From Okamejei kenojei (Eukaryota), in the NCBI GenBank assembly GCA_035221665.1, contig CM069162.1, positions 21,576,001 through 21,640,000 on the forward strand: a stretch of 64,000 nt of DNA, in the 5' to 3' direction. Under the pieces are notes generated by a model. It was given only the letters and a program-made list of their open reading frames with translations. It did not search any database and was not told the origin of the DNA. A program made the position numbers and the translations under genes. Position 1 is the stretch's first letter. Each line of letters begins with the position of its first letter. Below are positions 50,635-63,768 of this stretch, one piece after another.

Positions 50635-51992
50635 TAAGTCTTTAGACTCACGCTGGTCTCACTCTATCAAAAATATTCCCTTTGCTCCACCTTCTGTGTG
50701 ACCAAATACTAACTTCTTTCCTCTGTTTCCCAGTTCTAATGGAGCGTCCAGGACCTATAACTCAGCCTGGTCTGTGAGTGCTTCCACCCCTTTCATTTTT
50801 ACCCAAACACCATACAAAAGAAGATGAAACATTTGAGAGGATGTAGCATGGAATCAAATGCATGCTGTTTGGCACAAGAGTACATGGAGAGAATGTCGGT
50901 TGATTTGTATTAGGCAGTGTAAATTCAGAAAGTAGTCACTTGGGCAGTTAGAAGTGTTGGCCTAGAGATTCAATACAGATTGAAGAGTCATTTTGGACGT
51001 GGAACCCACTGGCATTGTTTCAGTATTTCAATGCATACAGTTGTTATCACATTGTCCATTTACTCACTTAACCAGGAGGAACATTTTCCATTGGCAAAGT
51101 ATTAATACTTTTTGATTAGTTTTGCTATCAGCATAGTAAAAATAAAATATTTGATTTAATGATTTCTCTTTACTGCCACACACTTGTCAACTTAGTTGTT
51201 TTTTTCAAATCTGATGTATGAAGATAATGACAATGGCATCTATCCAGCTTAGAAGTACCTTCAGTGACTCCAATGCAGTCCACCCAAAATATATGGGAAA
51301 CATAAATTCTGGCAGGCTTTACTTACATTTGAAAGGCTTTCAAATGGAAACATTCTATGGAGTAGCTGGTCGCGCACAGTTTATTGATTAAGGTATAGCA
51401 CAATTTCATTGTAAAACAATTCAATTCAAAGAGTCACACAATCATGTAAAAATTAGATAAAATGCTTCTTCACTGATCCAACTTTCAATTCCAATCTCTT
51501 ATGATAATCTGCTCTTCCTGGGCAGATTGATAATGGCTCAATCCCAAAGTGACATTCTCCCACTTAAATAGCTTTTCCCTATTAAAGCAACTGAATTAGA
51601 AACTGACCCTATTTTTTGTAATTAGTTCCTTGAGCAATTTGCAAATCATATGAGAAAGGAGCCAATTGTAATAGTTGTGGTTAATTATCAGAGTTGCTAA
51701 AGCCCTAATTCTAATGTGACAAATTGAACAGATGGGATTTTATTGTCACTTTTATATATTAGAATATATGAAAATTAATGTATTAGAATTATATATTAGA
51801 ATTAATGACTTGTTATGTCCTTATATATCAAATTCATTGAGGTGCATTCATATATATATATATAAATAATTATATAATATTTGAACAGTAATAAAGAAAT
51901 CACCTATTACTTAATTTCGTGCCCAAAATGTATTGCTTTCCCCTTAAAATTTACCCGCCCCTTTGTTGAATTCTTGCCCATCTTTCAGTTAC

Positions 51993-52490
51993 CCCGTATC
52001 TGAGGAAGGATGTGCTGGCTCTGGAGAGGGTCCAGAGGAGGTTCACAAGAATGATCCCATGAATGTGTGGGTTAGCATTGGATGAGCATTTGACACCACT
52101 GGGCCGCTACTGGCTAGAATTTAGAAGGTTGAAACCTACACAATAATGAAAGGCATAGATAGAGTGAATGTGGAAAGGATGTTTCCACTGATCAGGAGTC
52201 ATAGCCTCAGAATTAAAGGGCGCTCTTTTAGAAAGGAGGTGAGGAGGAACTTCTTTAGTCAGAGGGTAGTTAATCTGTGGAACTCATTGCCACAGAGGAC
52301 TGTGGAGGCCAGGTCAGTGGATATTTTGAAGGCAGAGATAGACAAAGTCTTGATTAGAGCGGGTGTCAAGGGTTATGGGGAGAAGACAGGAAAATGGGAT
52401 TAGGAGGCAGAGATCAGCCATGATTGAATGGCGGAGTGGACTCGATGGGCTGAATGGCTTAATTCTACTCCTATAACTTGTGAACTTGTG
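51993..52490 (+). mobile_element. CR1 LINE 3' fragment
   Basis: PYLRKDVLALERVQRRFTRMIP...KGIDRVNVERMFP...RRNFFSQRVVNLWNSLP. Confidence 0.85.
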
Positions 52491-52986
52491 AGTTCATGTC
52501 CAAGTACCTTGATGTAAAAGTTATAGATTACAAATGACATCATCAGTTCTGCGGCTGATGTCATGAAGCTTACTTTAATGGCTTCCATTATTTTCCTCTC
52601 ACTATTGTCTATTGCCTCTTACTGTTATAGATAAGGGAAGGGAATATATTGAAGAACAATTTTAACATGTGTTAACATGACTCAGTGATGTTTCACATTG
52701 ATCGTTAACACATGTTAACTGTCCTTCAATATATTACATATAAATAACTTCCCTTGTTTGTAACAGTAAGAGGCAATAGTCTTTCCTCTCATCACCATGT
52801 TCCAGGTTGATCTATTAAGTCCTTTTGTGGCATCCACATGTGCCTGCCTTTCAACTGAACTTATGACTAGGAGTGGGAGCTCCATTCCATCACAACAGGT
52901 ACTACTCTGACTGAAAGAGGTTAACATCAACCAAGGCTTGGATCTTAACCTTCTTGGTTGGTACCAAACTGAACTGTCTGACATAA

Positions 52987-53517
52987 TCTATCTATATATT
53001 ACTAAAACTTTCATCTTGTTTGTTTGTGTGCGTGTGAGTGTGATCCCAAAACTATGCCAAAACGGTATACAATAGCGCTACAGATTTTGGACCGCCTTAC
53101 TCACCATTGTCCTGGAGTGTGCTATGGCAAGTTTCGTTCGGATTGATGTTATATTTTACAATTTATTCACATTTTAAACTTTACAAAACCACTTTTACAA
53201 AAATTTCTTTCCCACTTGCCCTGCCCGTCAGCAGCGTACAACATCACAACATCACAATGGGATCCCAAATTTAATTATTTTAAATCACCATGTTTTTTTT
53301 TGGTGTACTTGCCTGGCCTCACAACGGGGACCCAACGGCTCCAGGGATAAGTTTGCTTCTAGTTTACAAATGCCTCCATGGGTCCTCTAATCACGTTATC
53401 AACTTTAACTTAAATTCAGCCGACAACGGCACAACTCTGAATGTGTCAGCCGTGCATGCGCAGTATGGTGGAATATTGCGTTGGGGGAGCGGGCTCAACG
53501 GGTCGCATTTAGCCTGG
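52987..53517 (+). mobile_element. Non-autonomous Helitron (probable)
   Basis: Starts TCTATCTATATATTACTAAAA after A, ends CTGG (CTRR) before T, GC-rich subterminal hairpin CGTTG...CAACG, no TSD. Confidence 0.6.
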
Positions 53518-54400
53518 TTGCTTTTAAAAATAGCTGAGACATGAGCTTACGTGGAAAAGTCTGATTTTCCTCAAGACCCTTTTAGAGAGACTAATTAGAG
53601 AGCACATTTTGCAAATCCAAGCTCAACCGATAATCCTCATTTAGAAAACCTCCCCAATTCAACACCATAACTTCAAAATATATACCCAGGCAGATATTAT
53701 TCTTTACATTAACCTGCAATGTCTCTGAAAACTCTATGAAAACTGTGAAATAAAAAATACACTTACAAACCCTTCACACTCCTGATCTTCCAATCTTCCA
53801 ATCTACCTCGTTGTGGCACTTGCACTTTAAAAAAAAAGCACTTTCTCTGTAGTGGTAAATCTATATTCTACATTCCATTTCCTTACTCTTTATACACTAC
53901 CTGTTGTGCCCATAAATGGTATAATTGCACTCATGCATGGTATGATTTGCCTGGGTAGCATGCATAGTATTTCCACTGTATATTGGCACACATGGCAATA
54001 ATAAACCAATACTCTAACACACATGAAGAAAGATGTGGAGCTGCAGATCCACCTAGCTCCACACATTCACGGCACCCAAATGCCTGTATGTGGAATGGTC
54101 CTGGTATAGTTTATGAGGAAATCTCCCTTCATCAGAGACGTGAGATAACCTTCACATTCAGACATCTAATTGAAAGGTGAAAACTCACAAAAAGAGTTAT
54201 AGGATGAAGATAGATTAACAGACATGAGATGATTCTTGGTCCCTGGGAGAAAGAGAGATGAGATAGCGTAGAAGCACTCTTAGCTTCAGTGAAGGCGATT
54301 AATTCTGACTCTTGACAATGAAGATGTTTTGATTTTCGTGTCACTTGAACTTCGTATTATTTGTTGTACCATGCGTGTATTGCGGCCTTAGGTTCATAAA

Positions 54401-54700
54401 CAGTGGCGCAGCGGTAGAGTTGCAGCCTTACAACGCTTGCAGCGCCGGAGACCTGGGTTCGATCCCGACGCAGGATGCTGTCTGTACAGAGTTTGCACGT
54501 TCTCCCCGTGTCCGCATGGGTTTTCTCCGAGATCTTCGGTTTCGTCCCACATTCCAAAGACATACAAGTTGGTAGGTTAATTGGCTTGCTATAAGTGTAA
54601 GTTCTCCCTTGTGTGTGTAGGATAGTGTTAATGTGCGGGGATCGCCGGTCGGTGCGGACTCGGTGGGCCGATGGATCTGTTTCCGCACTGTATCTCTAAC
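54401..54700 (+). mobile_element. V-SINE
   Basis: A box, B box GGTTCGATCC, V-domain, tail. Confidence 0.85.
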
Positions 54701-56908
54701 ACAAAAAATAAAATTCCAGTGCTCCCTAAACTTTATGTGGCCATATTTCAGTCCAAAATCAAGCATCACTACCCCATCAACCCGTTTCACCGCATTACAT
54801 CGACTTTAACATTTCTGTAGAGTTATTAAAATCCTTAAACCCTCTGGTTTTTCAAGTTTTCATTATTATTCTCAGAGATATCCATCAGCCTTGCAAATGT
54901 TTTGCCTTTAGGCTCCTATGATTCACCTTCCCATTGCGATAAGCATCTTCGACTCTCAATCCTACACTTTGATATCATTCTCTTCAATACCTTCTGCTTT
55001 CCCATGCCGTTTTTTAAACTCACCTTTGTGAATAACATTTTTGTCACCCTGTTTTTGGCATGAGGTTTATTTTCTCCTTAACCTCTTGTGAAACACCAAG
55101 GCAACATTTTTCAATGTTGACTATGTGATAAGGCAAAGGAGTAGATTCTGCTTGGGTGTTATGAAATGGTAAGGCTCATGCAAAAAATAAATAAATATAC
55201 AGATTTTTGGAAGGAATAAATATCAGATCAATGAAAAGGTCATGGATGGTGTGAAACATTGCTTCGTTTGTAGCCTACATTCTGTAGATGTTGTTTATGT
55301 ATATATATTTTATAAAACATAAATCAATAAAGTAAACAAGATGGAATGGATACAGGGCCAAATGGTAAAGCAAAGGCAGATTCCTACAAATTCCAATCCC
55401 TTCCTAATTTTTCATTAAGTTAAGTTTTTATTATCTACAAAGAAAGGAATACAATTGTTTTTTTAATCTATAGAATGGTCCTAAGTTTATGATTTCATTC
55501 AGAAACAAATGCAAACACAATTGTCTTTTAGAAAATCACTACCATTCGTAGTCAAAACATTTATTCACCTTTAACATCGCCATTGGAAGTACTCTTACTA
55601 AACCAGCTGAAATTCTGCCACGCTTTGGAAGGATGCTACAACTCGAGAATTATTTAACATCAGAAAGTGCAGCTCGGAAGATTAAAAATATTTTTTTTTC
55701 TTTGTTGTGAGTTTGCTCAGGTTCACTTCACAATTCCTTCAGTCCAACCAAGATTTACAATGTAGTGAACCGATCAATCTACCGGGGAGTTGAAAAGACT
55801 TGGCGATAAATTAATTAAAGTATCACAATTATTAAATATGAATGCAGACCAGGTCAACTCTCCCGAGACCACGTTTTCATGAGATTTGGTTCAAATTGCC
55901 AGGTTCTGTCAAATCAATGTTAAAGGGTTATTCCCTGGCCTCCAACATTTTTAATTCTGACAAAAATGAATTGATCTTTTGAACAACGCTCTCCTGAAAA
56001 TGATGCATATTTTTTTGGGTCACCCTTTGAATATGGTAATACTTCGGTCTGACCTTTGCTGTGATGAGTTGTAATTTTATATTTGACTTTAAACATAGGG
56101 CAGGCTGGCTTTTTTGCCTTGTTACATACCTTCCCTCTGAGATTATGTCGCACTGATGGTCAGGCAAGTCCCTTGTTCCTTTGCAAGAATTAAGGATCAC
56201 AATTCACACAGGTTTTTCAAGGCAGTGTGTTTGCAAGGTCTTTCTCATGAGTGTAATTAAAAAGAAAGCCTGCATTACCAGATGGCGTGAGGTACTATAG
56301 TTGCCGCAGCAGTGTTGAATGGAACGGGATGCACCTCATGGGCCATTTATTATGATTCAACATTTTACTTTTTTTGTGGGATTTTAAATAAGATCTAAGT
56401 TTGCTGGACGATATGATACGAAACGATACAATAGAACTTTATTTATTCCAGGTAGGAAATTGGTCTACCAACAGCCATAGAACACAAGATACATGAAACA
56501 TGAAATTCAAGTGACAAGTGGAAAGGATTGGGGATGTGCAAAGACTGTACGATAGATCCTCAAGTAGCCAGTGAAAGCTGGAAATATTTTAATCTTGATG
56601 CAATAAACATTAACTGAACATAAAAGAGCCCAAACCTTATAAATTTTGGAAATTTTGAAGTTGATCCCAACCAATTAAGGAATGGAATTGGTGTCCATCG
56701 TGGAATGGCAGCGTTATTGAGGACAATGAAAACTGCTTTGCCAATCATTGATGGAAGATGTGCGTGGAAATATCAACAATGTTGTCAGGATAACACTGAA
56801 TGGAATTGAACCCATTGTTCTTTGATATCTGGTCTTGCCTTGCCTTGGACAATGTTAACAGTTAACTGTGAAAGGAGCAGATGGTCTAAACTGGAGAGTC
56901 ATACTTAC

Positions 56909-57035
56909 CAAGAATTAGAAAGGTGACGTCACCCCGGCCCAGGAGTAAGAGCCTTCGGTCAGTCAGCAGGAGATTTCAAACCATTTCTCCGAGACGAAGG
57001 GCACTGGGATTAGCTGCCGTTCAGATGGGGGCGTT
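56909..57035 (-). other. Candidate non-coding exon (127 nt)
   Basis: Acceptor tttctctgctcactgcAG, donor TG|GTAAGTAT; stops in all three frames. Confidence 0.4.
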
Positions 57036-58424
57036 CTGCAGTGAGCAGAGAAATGGGCTTGCACGTGCTTGCACGTAATACACAACAAGCAGGCCTGGCC
57101 TGCTGTAAGCGCAGCTTGAAAGAAAAACTCTGCGTAAAGTGGCACTTTAAGTTATTAGAGCATCGACCTCTAACCATTAACGACAAAGACTCTTTAGGCA
57201 TTTCAAACAAAGTCTGTTTCCCAATCAAGGCCCCCAAAACCTGGCTCGTTAATAACTTCCATTTCAAGTGAAAAAAATTAAGTCCATTTCATGGAATTAA
57301 TTAAAAATTAGGAGGCTGACACCCTTAACAAAAACAAATAGCAATCATCAATTATTCAATTAAATTGGGTCTATTTTTCCTTAATATCTTCATACACAGT
57401 TAATCTTCCACCATAGCACCTCAGAATGTTTGTAGATTGTGGGTAAAGCTACAATTGAATATTACAATACTCAGTGATTATTTAATGATATATTAGCTTC
57501 TTGCGATAAAAATCCTTGGTCGGGGACATATTGGAGGCAGACTCATGCAGGTATTCGCTGCATCCAGTGAAATGCATCCTTCCCACTTGGGCAGCTGGGC
57601 AACTGTGGGTTAGGCGTACAGCAGTGAATTGACTTCTCTCCAGCACTGCATGTACTGCTGGCCTAACTGAGAGTCCAACGAGATGAGCTGCCATCTAGTC
57701 TCGAACACATCCTCTCACTTACAGTGCTGGATGGTAGTCTCAACTCTCACACTAGAAAGGAAACACCTCCCTACAAAAGTAAACGATAAAAATCTTTGAT
57801 TATAAGTAATTCAATTCTTAAGCGTTTTAAGTAAATAATTCACTAATTGCAGATTTGAGAAGCTGGTTGCCATTCCTAGTTAGAAAATTATAAATTGGTC
57901 TCAGAAGTGAAAGGTTTAAGTGCGATGCCAACATCAGCAATTGTCAAGGTGAGACTGGAATTGCAAATGGCGATTGGAAATTGCTCTCCAAAGGTTTCTC
58001 CTGAAAGACCCAGTGTTTCCAGGATAAGACCCAGAAATACATCTGTTATTGTCATTTCACATGTATTGTTCACGTGGGCCATAGCTTTCCTCTCATCATA
58101 CAGCATTTTCCTCTCCTCTCCTGAAGGCATTGACTCCTGGGCACTTGCCCATAGTGACCATTTGTTAGGCTTGTCTGATCCCAATCTGGATATGGACCAA
58201 ACGTGGGCAGGTGGGACATGTTGGCCGGTGTGGGTAAGTTGGGCCGAAGGGCCTGTTTCCACACTATAACATTCTATGACATTGTTATATTACCTAATAA
58301 CGACAGTAAAAATAACAAGAGAGGGGAAATAAGCAAATGCTCCTCATCTCCACTTTTACACATTTACCCACCCCTCAACCTTGTAGTGTCTCAACATCTT
58401 TCCTGGCTGAGATAATCTGAGATA

Positions 58425-58558
58425 AACAGTCTGAAGAAGGATCTCAACCCGAAACATCACCCATTCCTTTTCTCCAGAGATGCTGCCTGGCCATCTGAGT
58501 GACTCCAGATTTTTGAGTCTTTCTTCGGTTTAAACCAGCATCTGCAGTTCCTTTCTAC
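58425..58558 (+). mobile_element. Penelope-derived short element
   Basis: CTGAAGAAGGATCTCAACCCGAAACATC at 58431-58458; ATAATCT on both flanks. Confidence 0.65.
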
Positions 58559-58898
58559 ATAATCTAATTAGTGTTGTATGAGTTCAAGGATCTTCGGCTG
58601 AGTCCAGCTCAGGCATTGCTCAGACATTCTCTGAGCAAAGTCTGGAATTAGATTACTCCGTTGAGTAATACGAGTTATTTTTGTACCCAGAGATAACAAT
58701 GAAATAATGATTTAAAATCACTACAAAAAAATGATCGGAGTTGAATCCAGTGGTAAAAAAGTAACAAGTTACAGATTTGAGTTTAATAATGGAGGCTTGA
58801 TTTCCCCTCTTTGAGGCAAGTTATTTTAAATATTCAGCTCTATCCACATTTTCCTTGAAATGTTGGCTGCATTTAACAATTCATTGTTGACGGGTTCT

Positions 58899-59204
58899 GG
58901 GTGGCACAGTGGCGCAGCAGTAGAGTTGTTGCCTTACAGCGGCAGAGAACTGGGTTCGATCCTGACTAAGGGAACGGTCTGTACAAAGTTTTTATGTTCT
59001 CCCTGTGACCGTGTGGGTTTTCTCCGGGTGCTCCGGTTTTCTCCCACACTCTAAAGACATACTAGTTTGTAGTTTAACAGGTTTCAGTAAAAATCGCTAA
59101 TTGTCCCTAGTGTGTAGGATGGTGCTAGTGTACAGGGTGATCGACAGTCGGCACAGATTCGGTAGGCCGGAGGACCTGTTTCCACGCTGTATCTCTAAAG
59201 TAAA
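58899..59204 (+). mobile_element. V-SINE
   Basis: Head, B box, V-domain, tail. Confidence 0.85.
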
Positions 59205-59779
59205 GGTTGCAAACTCAGGACCAAGTTCAATAGGCAATTGGGAGATGAGATCAATGTCGAAAACAGATCAAAAGTTTTTAAAGGCATAAAAACAAACATA
59301 AAAAGGTAAATATAGACCTAAAGTTAAAAAAGGAATCTGCTGAGAAAAATAACATACTGGTTGGCTGGTGATGTGCAAGGATTAATGTGATGAAAACAAA
59401 AAATGTCATGCTAAATTAAAAGCATCTCATTCTCATCCAAATATTATTGTATAATAAACAGATCTCTCCAAAGAGATCAGCAAAAAGTTAATGGAAAACA
59501 GAATAACTATGTTTCTCATCAGTCGGTGAGTGCATTTTATGGAAAAATGTATAAAGACGTCACCGAGTGCAGTGTACATACTAAATAAGAAAATTAACAT
59601 GAGTTTGATGAAGTTGATGTCCAAATAATAAAATTAAATTATAGTAATAAGACTAGGAATAAGTGAGAGGAAGGTGTTATTTTAGATAGGTTTTGGAATT
59701 TGGAGTCCTCTGGGAAACGCGATTCCAAAGTCTGTATTTTTAATAGGTTGTCTCATGTTGGATAGTTCCCAGGGATTGG

Positions 59780-60080
59780 AAGGAAGGTAATATTTATCCA
59801 TCTTATTAAAAAAAAACGGTGACATGAAAGGCCCCGTTAGCTATGGCCGCCTTAGTATAACATCAGTAATAAATGATTGTGGGAATCATTAAAAATGGAA
59901 TATTAAATTCCTTGGAGAGGGACATGTTCGAGACAGTCTTAAAACAAGAAAGTCTGTCATAGAAATTGCTTGTATTATTTTCCAAGTACCAAAGACTGAT
60001 GGTGGAAATGTCTCGGGAGAGATTGTCTACATAAAATTCTGAAAAAGATTTACATACAGTTCTGCACAAGACTTGTCTAC
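59780..60080 (+). mobile_element. Old CR1 RT fragment
   Basis: Degenerate KKG....P..YRP.S.TS and D.VY.DF.KAFD.V.H motifs (here IVYINSEKDLHTVLH). Confidence 0.45.
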
Positions 60081-60143
60081 TGGTTTAAATACTCTGATAA
60101 TAATGGCAATATATTGGGCATAACTGATAAGAAGCTGACAGGA

Positions 60144-60254
60144 AGGTAGACACAAAATGCTGGAGTAACTCAGTGGGACAGGCAGCATGTCTGAAGAGAA
60201 GGAATGGGTGTCGTTTCAGGACGAGACCCTTCTTCAGACTGACGTTGTCAGACT
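60144..60254 (-). mobile_element. 111-bp Penelope-derived element with 13-bp TSD
   Basis: GAAGCTGACAGGA at 60131-60143 and 60255-60267. Confidence 0.75.
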
Positions 60255-61208
60255 GAAGCTGACAGGACATGGGTACGGAATAGTTATAGATTGAGATGAG
60301 CAATAATAGTGCACCGTATGCAAGAATTTCACAGGTATAATTTAGTCAAACTGGTTTCGATTTTAAATCAATTATATTTTTGCCATTCCCAAGAGTTCAA
60401 AGAGTCATATAGAGCAGTAACAAGCTGCTTTGGCCAACCAGGACCATGCCAAGCATCAGCCATCCATTTACACTAATCCAATACATATTCTTATCAACTT
60501 TTCCCGAGTTGTCCCACACTACACAAGGGTCAAGGGTCAATGACCAACTTAATCAACAAACCCACCAAAATCTTTGGCATGCTGGAGGAAACTGAAAGAC
60601 CGGGGTAATCTCACACAGTCAGAGGTAGAAGATGCAAACTCCACACAAGCAACACCCTGGTGCTGTGAGACAATGGTTCGACCAGTGCTTTAAGTGAAGG
60701 ACATGTATAATGTAATTCACATGGCATCACAGTGTTGGCACAGTTTGGATGCAAAGGGTTCTGTACTTGCCATTTTGTTGAGGTTTGCACGCATGGAACA
60801 TTTAATATGTTCCAATGTAAACCTATATTAGAATGGATTAGAGTGTAGCACTTACAGCACCACATTGAACTACATAGCGAAAGAAAAAAGATAAGCAATG
60901 ATGAGAACGAACAAACAGATTATTTCAAGGCGGCAGATACAGGACTTTGCAAAGCTCTAAGGAAGTAAATTGGAAAAAGTATTTCTCACTCATCACTAAA
61001 GCTTCAAGAATACCAGTAAAAAAATGTAGGGAAGAAAGCCATTATTATTGGGCTTTGAATCATTGATGGAAGCAGATTTTTTTAAAAATATGGACAGAAA
61101 ATGGTAAAAAGATAGGAAGAAAGGAAAGGTAAAGAGTTTCAACAAAAATTTGTGGTGCACCCAAGACTAAAATAGTGAAGAACCAGACTGCAACAATCAT
61201 TTAGATTA

Positions 61209-61421
61209 CTGAAGATAGACATAAAAAGCTGGAGTAACTAAGTGGGTCAAACATCATCTCTGGAGAAAAGGAACAGGTATCGTTTCGGACCGAACCCGTT
61301 CTTCAGATCCACCTGAAATGTCACCTATTCCGTTTCTCCAGCGATGGTGTCTGACCCGCTGTTACTTCAGCTTTTTGTGACAATCTTCGGTTTAAACCAG
61401 CACCTGCAGTTCCTTCCTACA
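61209..61421. mobile_element. Palindromic Penelope-derived element with 11-bp TSD
   Basis: CATTTAGATTA at 61198-61208 and 61422-61432; inverted arms. Confidence 0.75.
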
Positions 61422-61545
61422 CATTTAGATTAGTGGCCCACTGCGCAAAGCTTCACCAGCTTTGACCCAAGGACTCAGATAGAGCAAAATGTCAGCCACA
61501 ATGCCCGAGTTGAACATGGGTCTTTGTCTATGGACTGGGCCAACT

Positions 61546-61692
61546 ATTGTCTGATGTGGCCTGTGGTGGGAAGTGATGGCGACTGCCATTTGGTGCTGGG
61601 GTGGAGAGACGGCAGTGGTGGCATTGTCTGATGTGGCCTGTGGTGGGAAGTGATGGCGACTGCCATTTGGTGCTGGGGTGGAGAGACGGCAG
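61546..61692. repeat. Perfect 70-bp direct duplication (period 77)
   Basis: 61546-61615 is identical to 61623-61692. Confidence 0.9.
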
Positions 61693-62403
61693 AATTAAGA
61701 GAATAGACGGATTGGAGAGTGATGGGGGATTTGGGGCAATGAGAGACCAGAAATGTTGGAGAAGTCAGAGGATTCAGAGGCGAGAAACCTTAGGGAAGTT
61801 GGGGGAATTGGGAGACCAGGAGTGTTGGTGTTTTGAGGGAATTGGAGAATGAGGACGAGGAATGAGTTTGCAGTGAAGTGATTGTGAAACTAGGGTTGTT
61901 GGGCAAGTCAGTGGAATTGGGCAATGGGGGAAAGTTAAAGGAGCCACGGGAACAGGAGCATTGAGGCAGTTGGAGGAATGGGATGTCAGCGTGTTTAGGA
62001 CGGGGTTGAATTCTGAACAAGCAGAACATGATTGGATAGGATTGTGGGGTCATGGATTGGGATTGTGGATTGTGAGACCAGGGATTGTGAGATCAAGAAC
62101 TGGGATTGATTGCAAAATTAGTGTTCTTTTATGCCACCTGGAGTAACTGGTTTACTACACTTTCAACAGAGGAACATGACTGAAACAGATGTGAATTTTA
62201 CGAGCAATTTTCAGGTCCTCAAGGAATCCCACAGTGTTTTATAAGCAATTAAGTAGTTTATAAAGTCTAGTCTAAATAAATTAATAATAATGTGTGAATT
62301 ATACTCGGGCCCTGTATTATACCTCCAAGCCCAGTATAATAATGAACTTAATCAAACAAAGTACTTGATCAGTCCAAAGAAATACGCTTCCAATGGGCTT
62401 GAA

Positions 62404-62726
62404 CAGTGGCGCAGTTGGTAGAACTGCTGCCTCACAACTCTGGAGCCCTGGGTTCAATCCTGACTTCGGGCGCTGTCTGAGTGGAGTTTGCACGTTCCCC
62501 CTGTGATCGCATGAGCTTCCTTCGGGAGCTCTGGTTTCCTTCCACATCCCAAAGACGTGTGAGTTTGTAGGTTAATTGGCCTCTGCCAATTGCCCGAGTG
62601 CGTAGGAATTGGATGCGAAAATGGGATAACTTAGAAACCAGTGTGAAAGGATGATCGATGGTCGGCGTGGACTCGATGAGCCGAAGGGCAAGTTTCCCTG
62701 CTGTATCTTTCAATAAATCAATCAAA
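62404..62726 (+). mobile_element. V-SINE
   Basis: A box, B box GGTTCAATCC, V-domain. Confidence 0.8.
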
Positions 62727-62765
62727 ACAGGAGCGCATGGGTGTTGAGGTTTGTTTGAATGAATT

Positions 62766-62939
62766 NNNNNNNNNNNNNNNNNNNNNNNNNNNNNNNNNNN
62801 NNNNNNNNNNNNNNNNNNNNNNNNNNNNNNNNNNNNNNNNNNNNNNNNNNNNNNNNNNNNNNNNNNNNNNNNNNNNNNNNNNNNNNNNNNNNNNNNNNNN
62901 NNNNNNNNNNNNNNNNNNNNNNNNNNNNNNNNNNNNNNN
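62766..62939. other. Assembly gap
   Basis: Run of N. Confidence 1.
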
Positions 62940-63768
62940 CACCAAATGTAATGAAAGGAAGGAAATGCTATTTGTGACAGCACAACCCAGGGCCTGAAGC
63001 AATTTACACCCAAGTGTAAACTGATGTAATAATGTAGGGAGCGACACAACAGTCGACTTCACACAACCAGGTTTCAAAAACAGCGACTCGAGGATGAGTT
63101 GATAATCTGTTTTTAGCGGAGGGAAATGTTTTCACTGCAGGATATGAAGCTGTTTCTTATTCTTCTTCAACCAGTGGCATGAGATTCCTTGTACCTACAT
63201 GGGAGGGCAGGCGAGACTTCAGTTTGATACAGCAATTTGGTAAATCTCCAACCCTAACCCAGTGTGAAGAAGGGTCCCGATCCGAAACGTCAGCCTTCCT
63301 TTCTCTCCAGATATGCTGCATGACCTGCTGAGTTGCTCCAGTTGTGTCTATCTTTGAGAATTTTTTATGCTTACCAAATTTTTATCTTTACCAAAACCTA
63401 AAACAGCAACAACTGCACTCCATATCTTCCCCATTGCTCCATCTATTGTATTTGAGTTTGACGATTATATTTATGTGTAGTCCATCTGATCTGTTTGAAG
63501 AGCATGTAAAACATAGCTTTTCAATGTACATTTGACAATAATAACCCTAAACCCAAACATCTGACGGAAGGATGCAAATGAATAATGCATTCATTAACTC
63601 ATTTTTGTGATTTGTTGGCCCCAAGTAAATTAAACCAACCGTTTCTGGTTGGGAATCATAACTAACGCATCGATTGATTGTAAAACCACATCCTACCCCA
63701 ATGACCAGCAAATGGTGAAGAAAGCTACTTTCCCCATTGAGCACATAATCAACAAAGAACATCCACGG

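Noticed and set aside
56901-56912. ATACTTACC as a U1 snRNA gene start
   Set aside because: The match ends after 9 nt and there is no U1 body; better read as a minus-strand splice donor.
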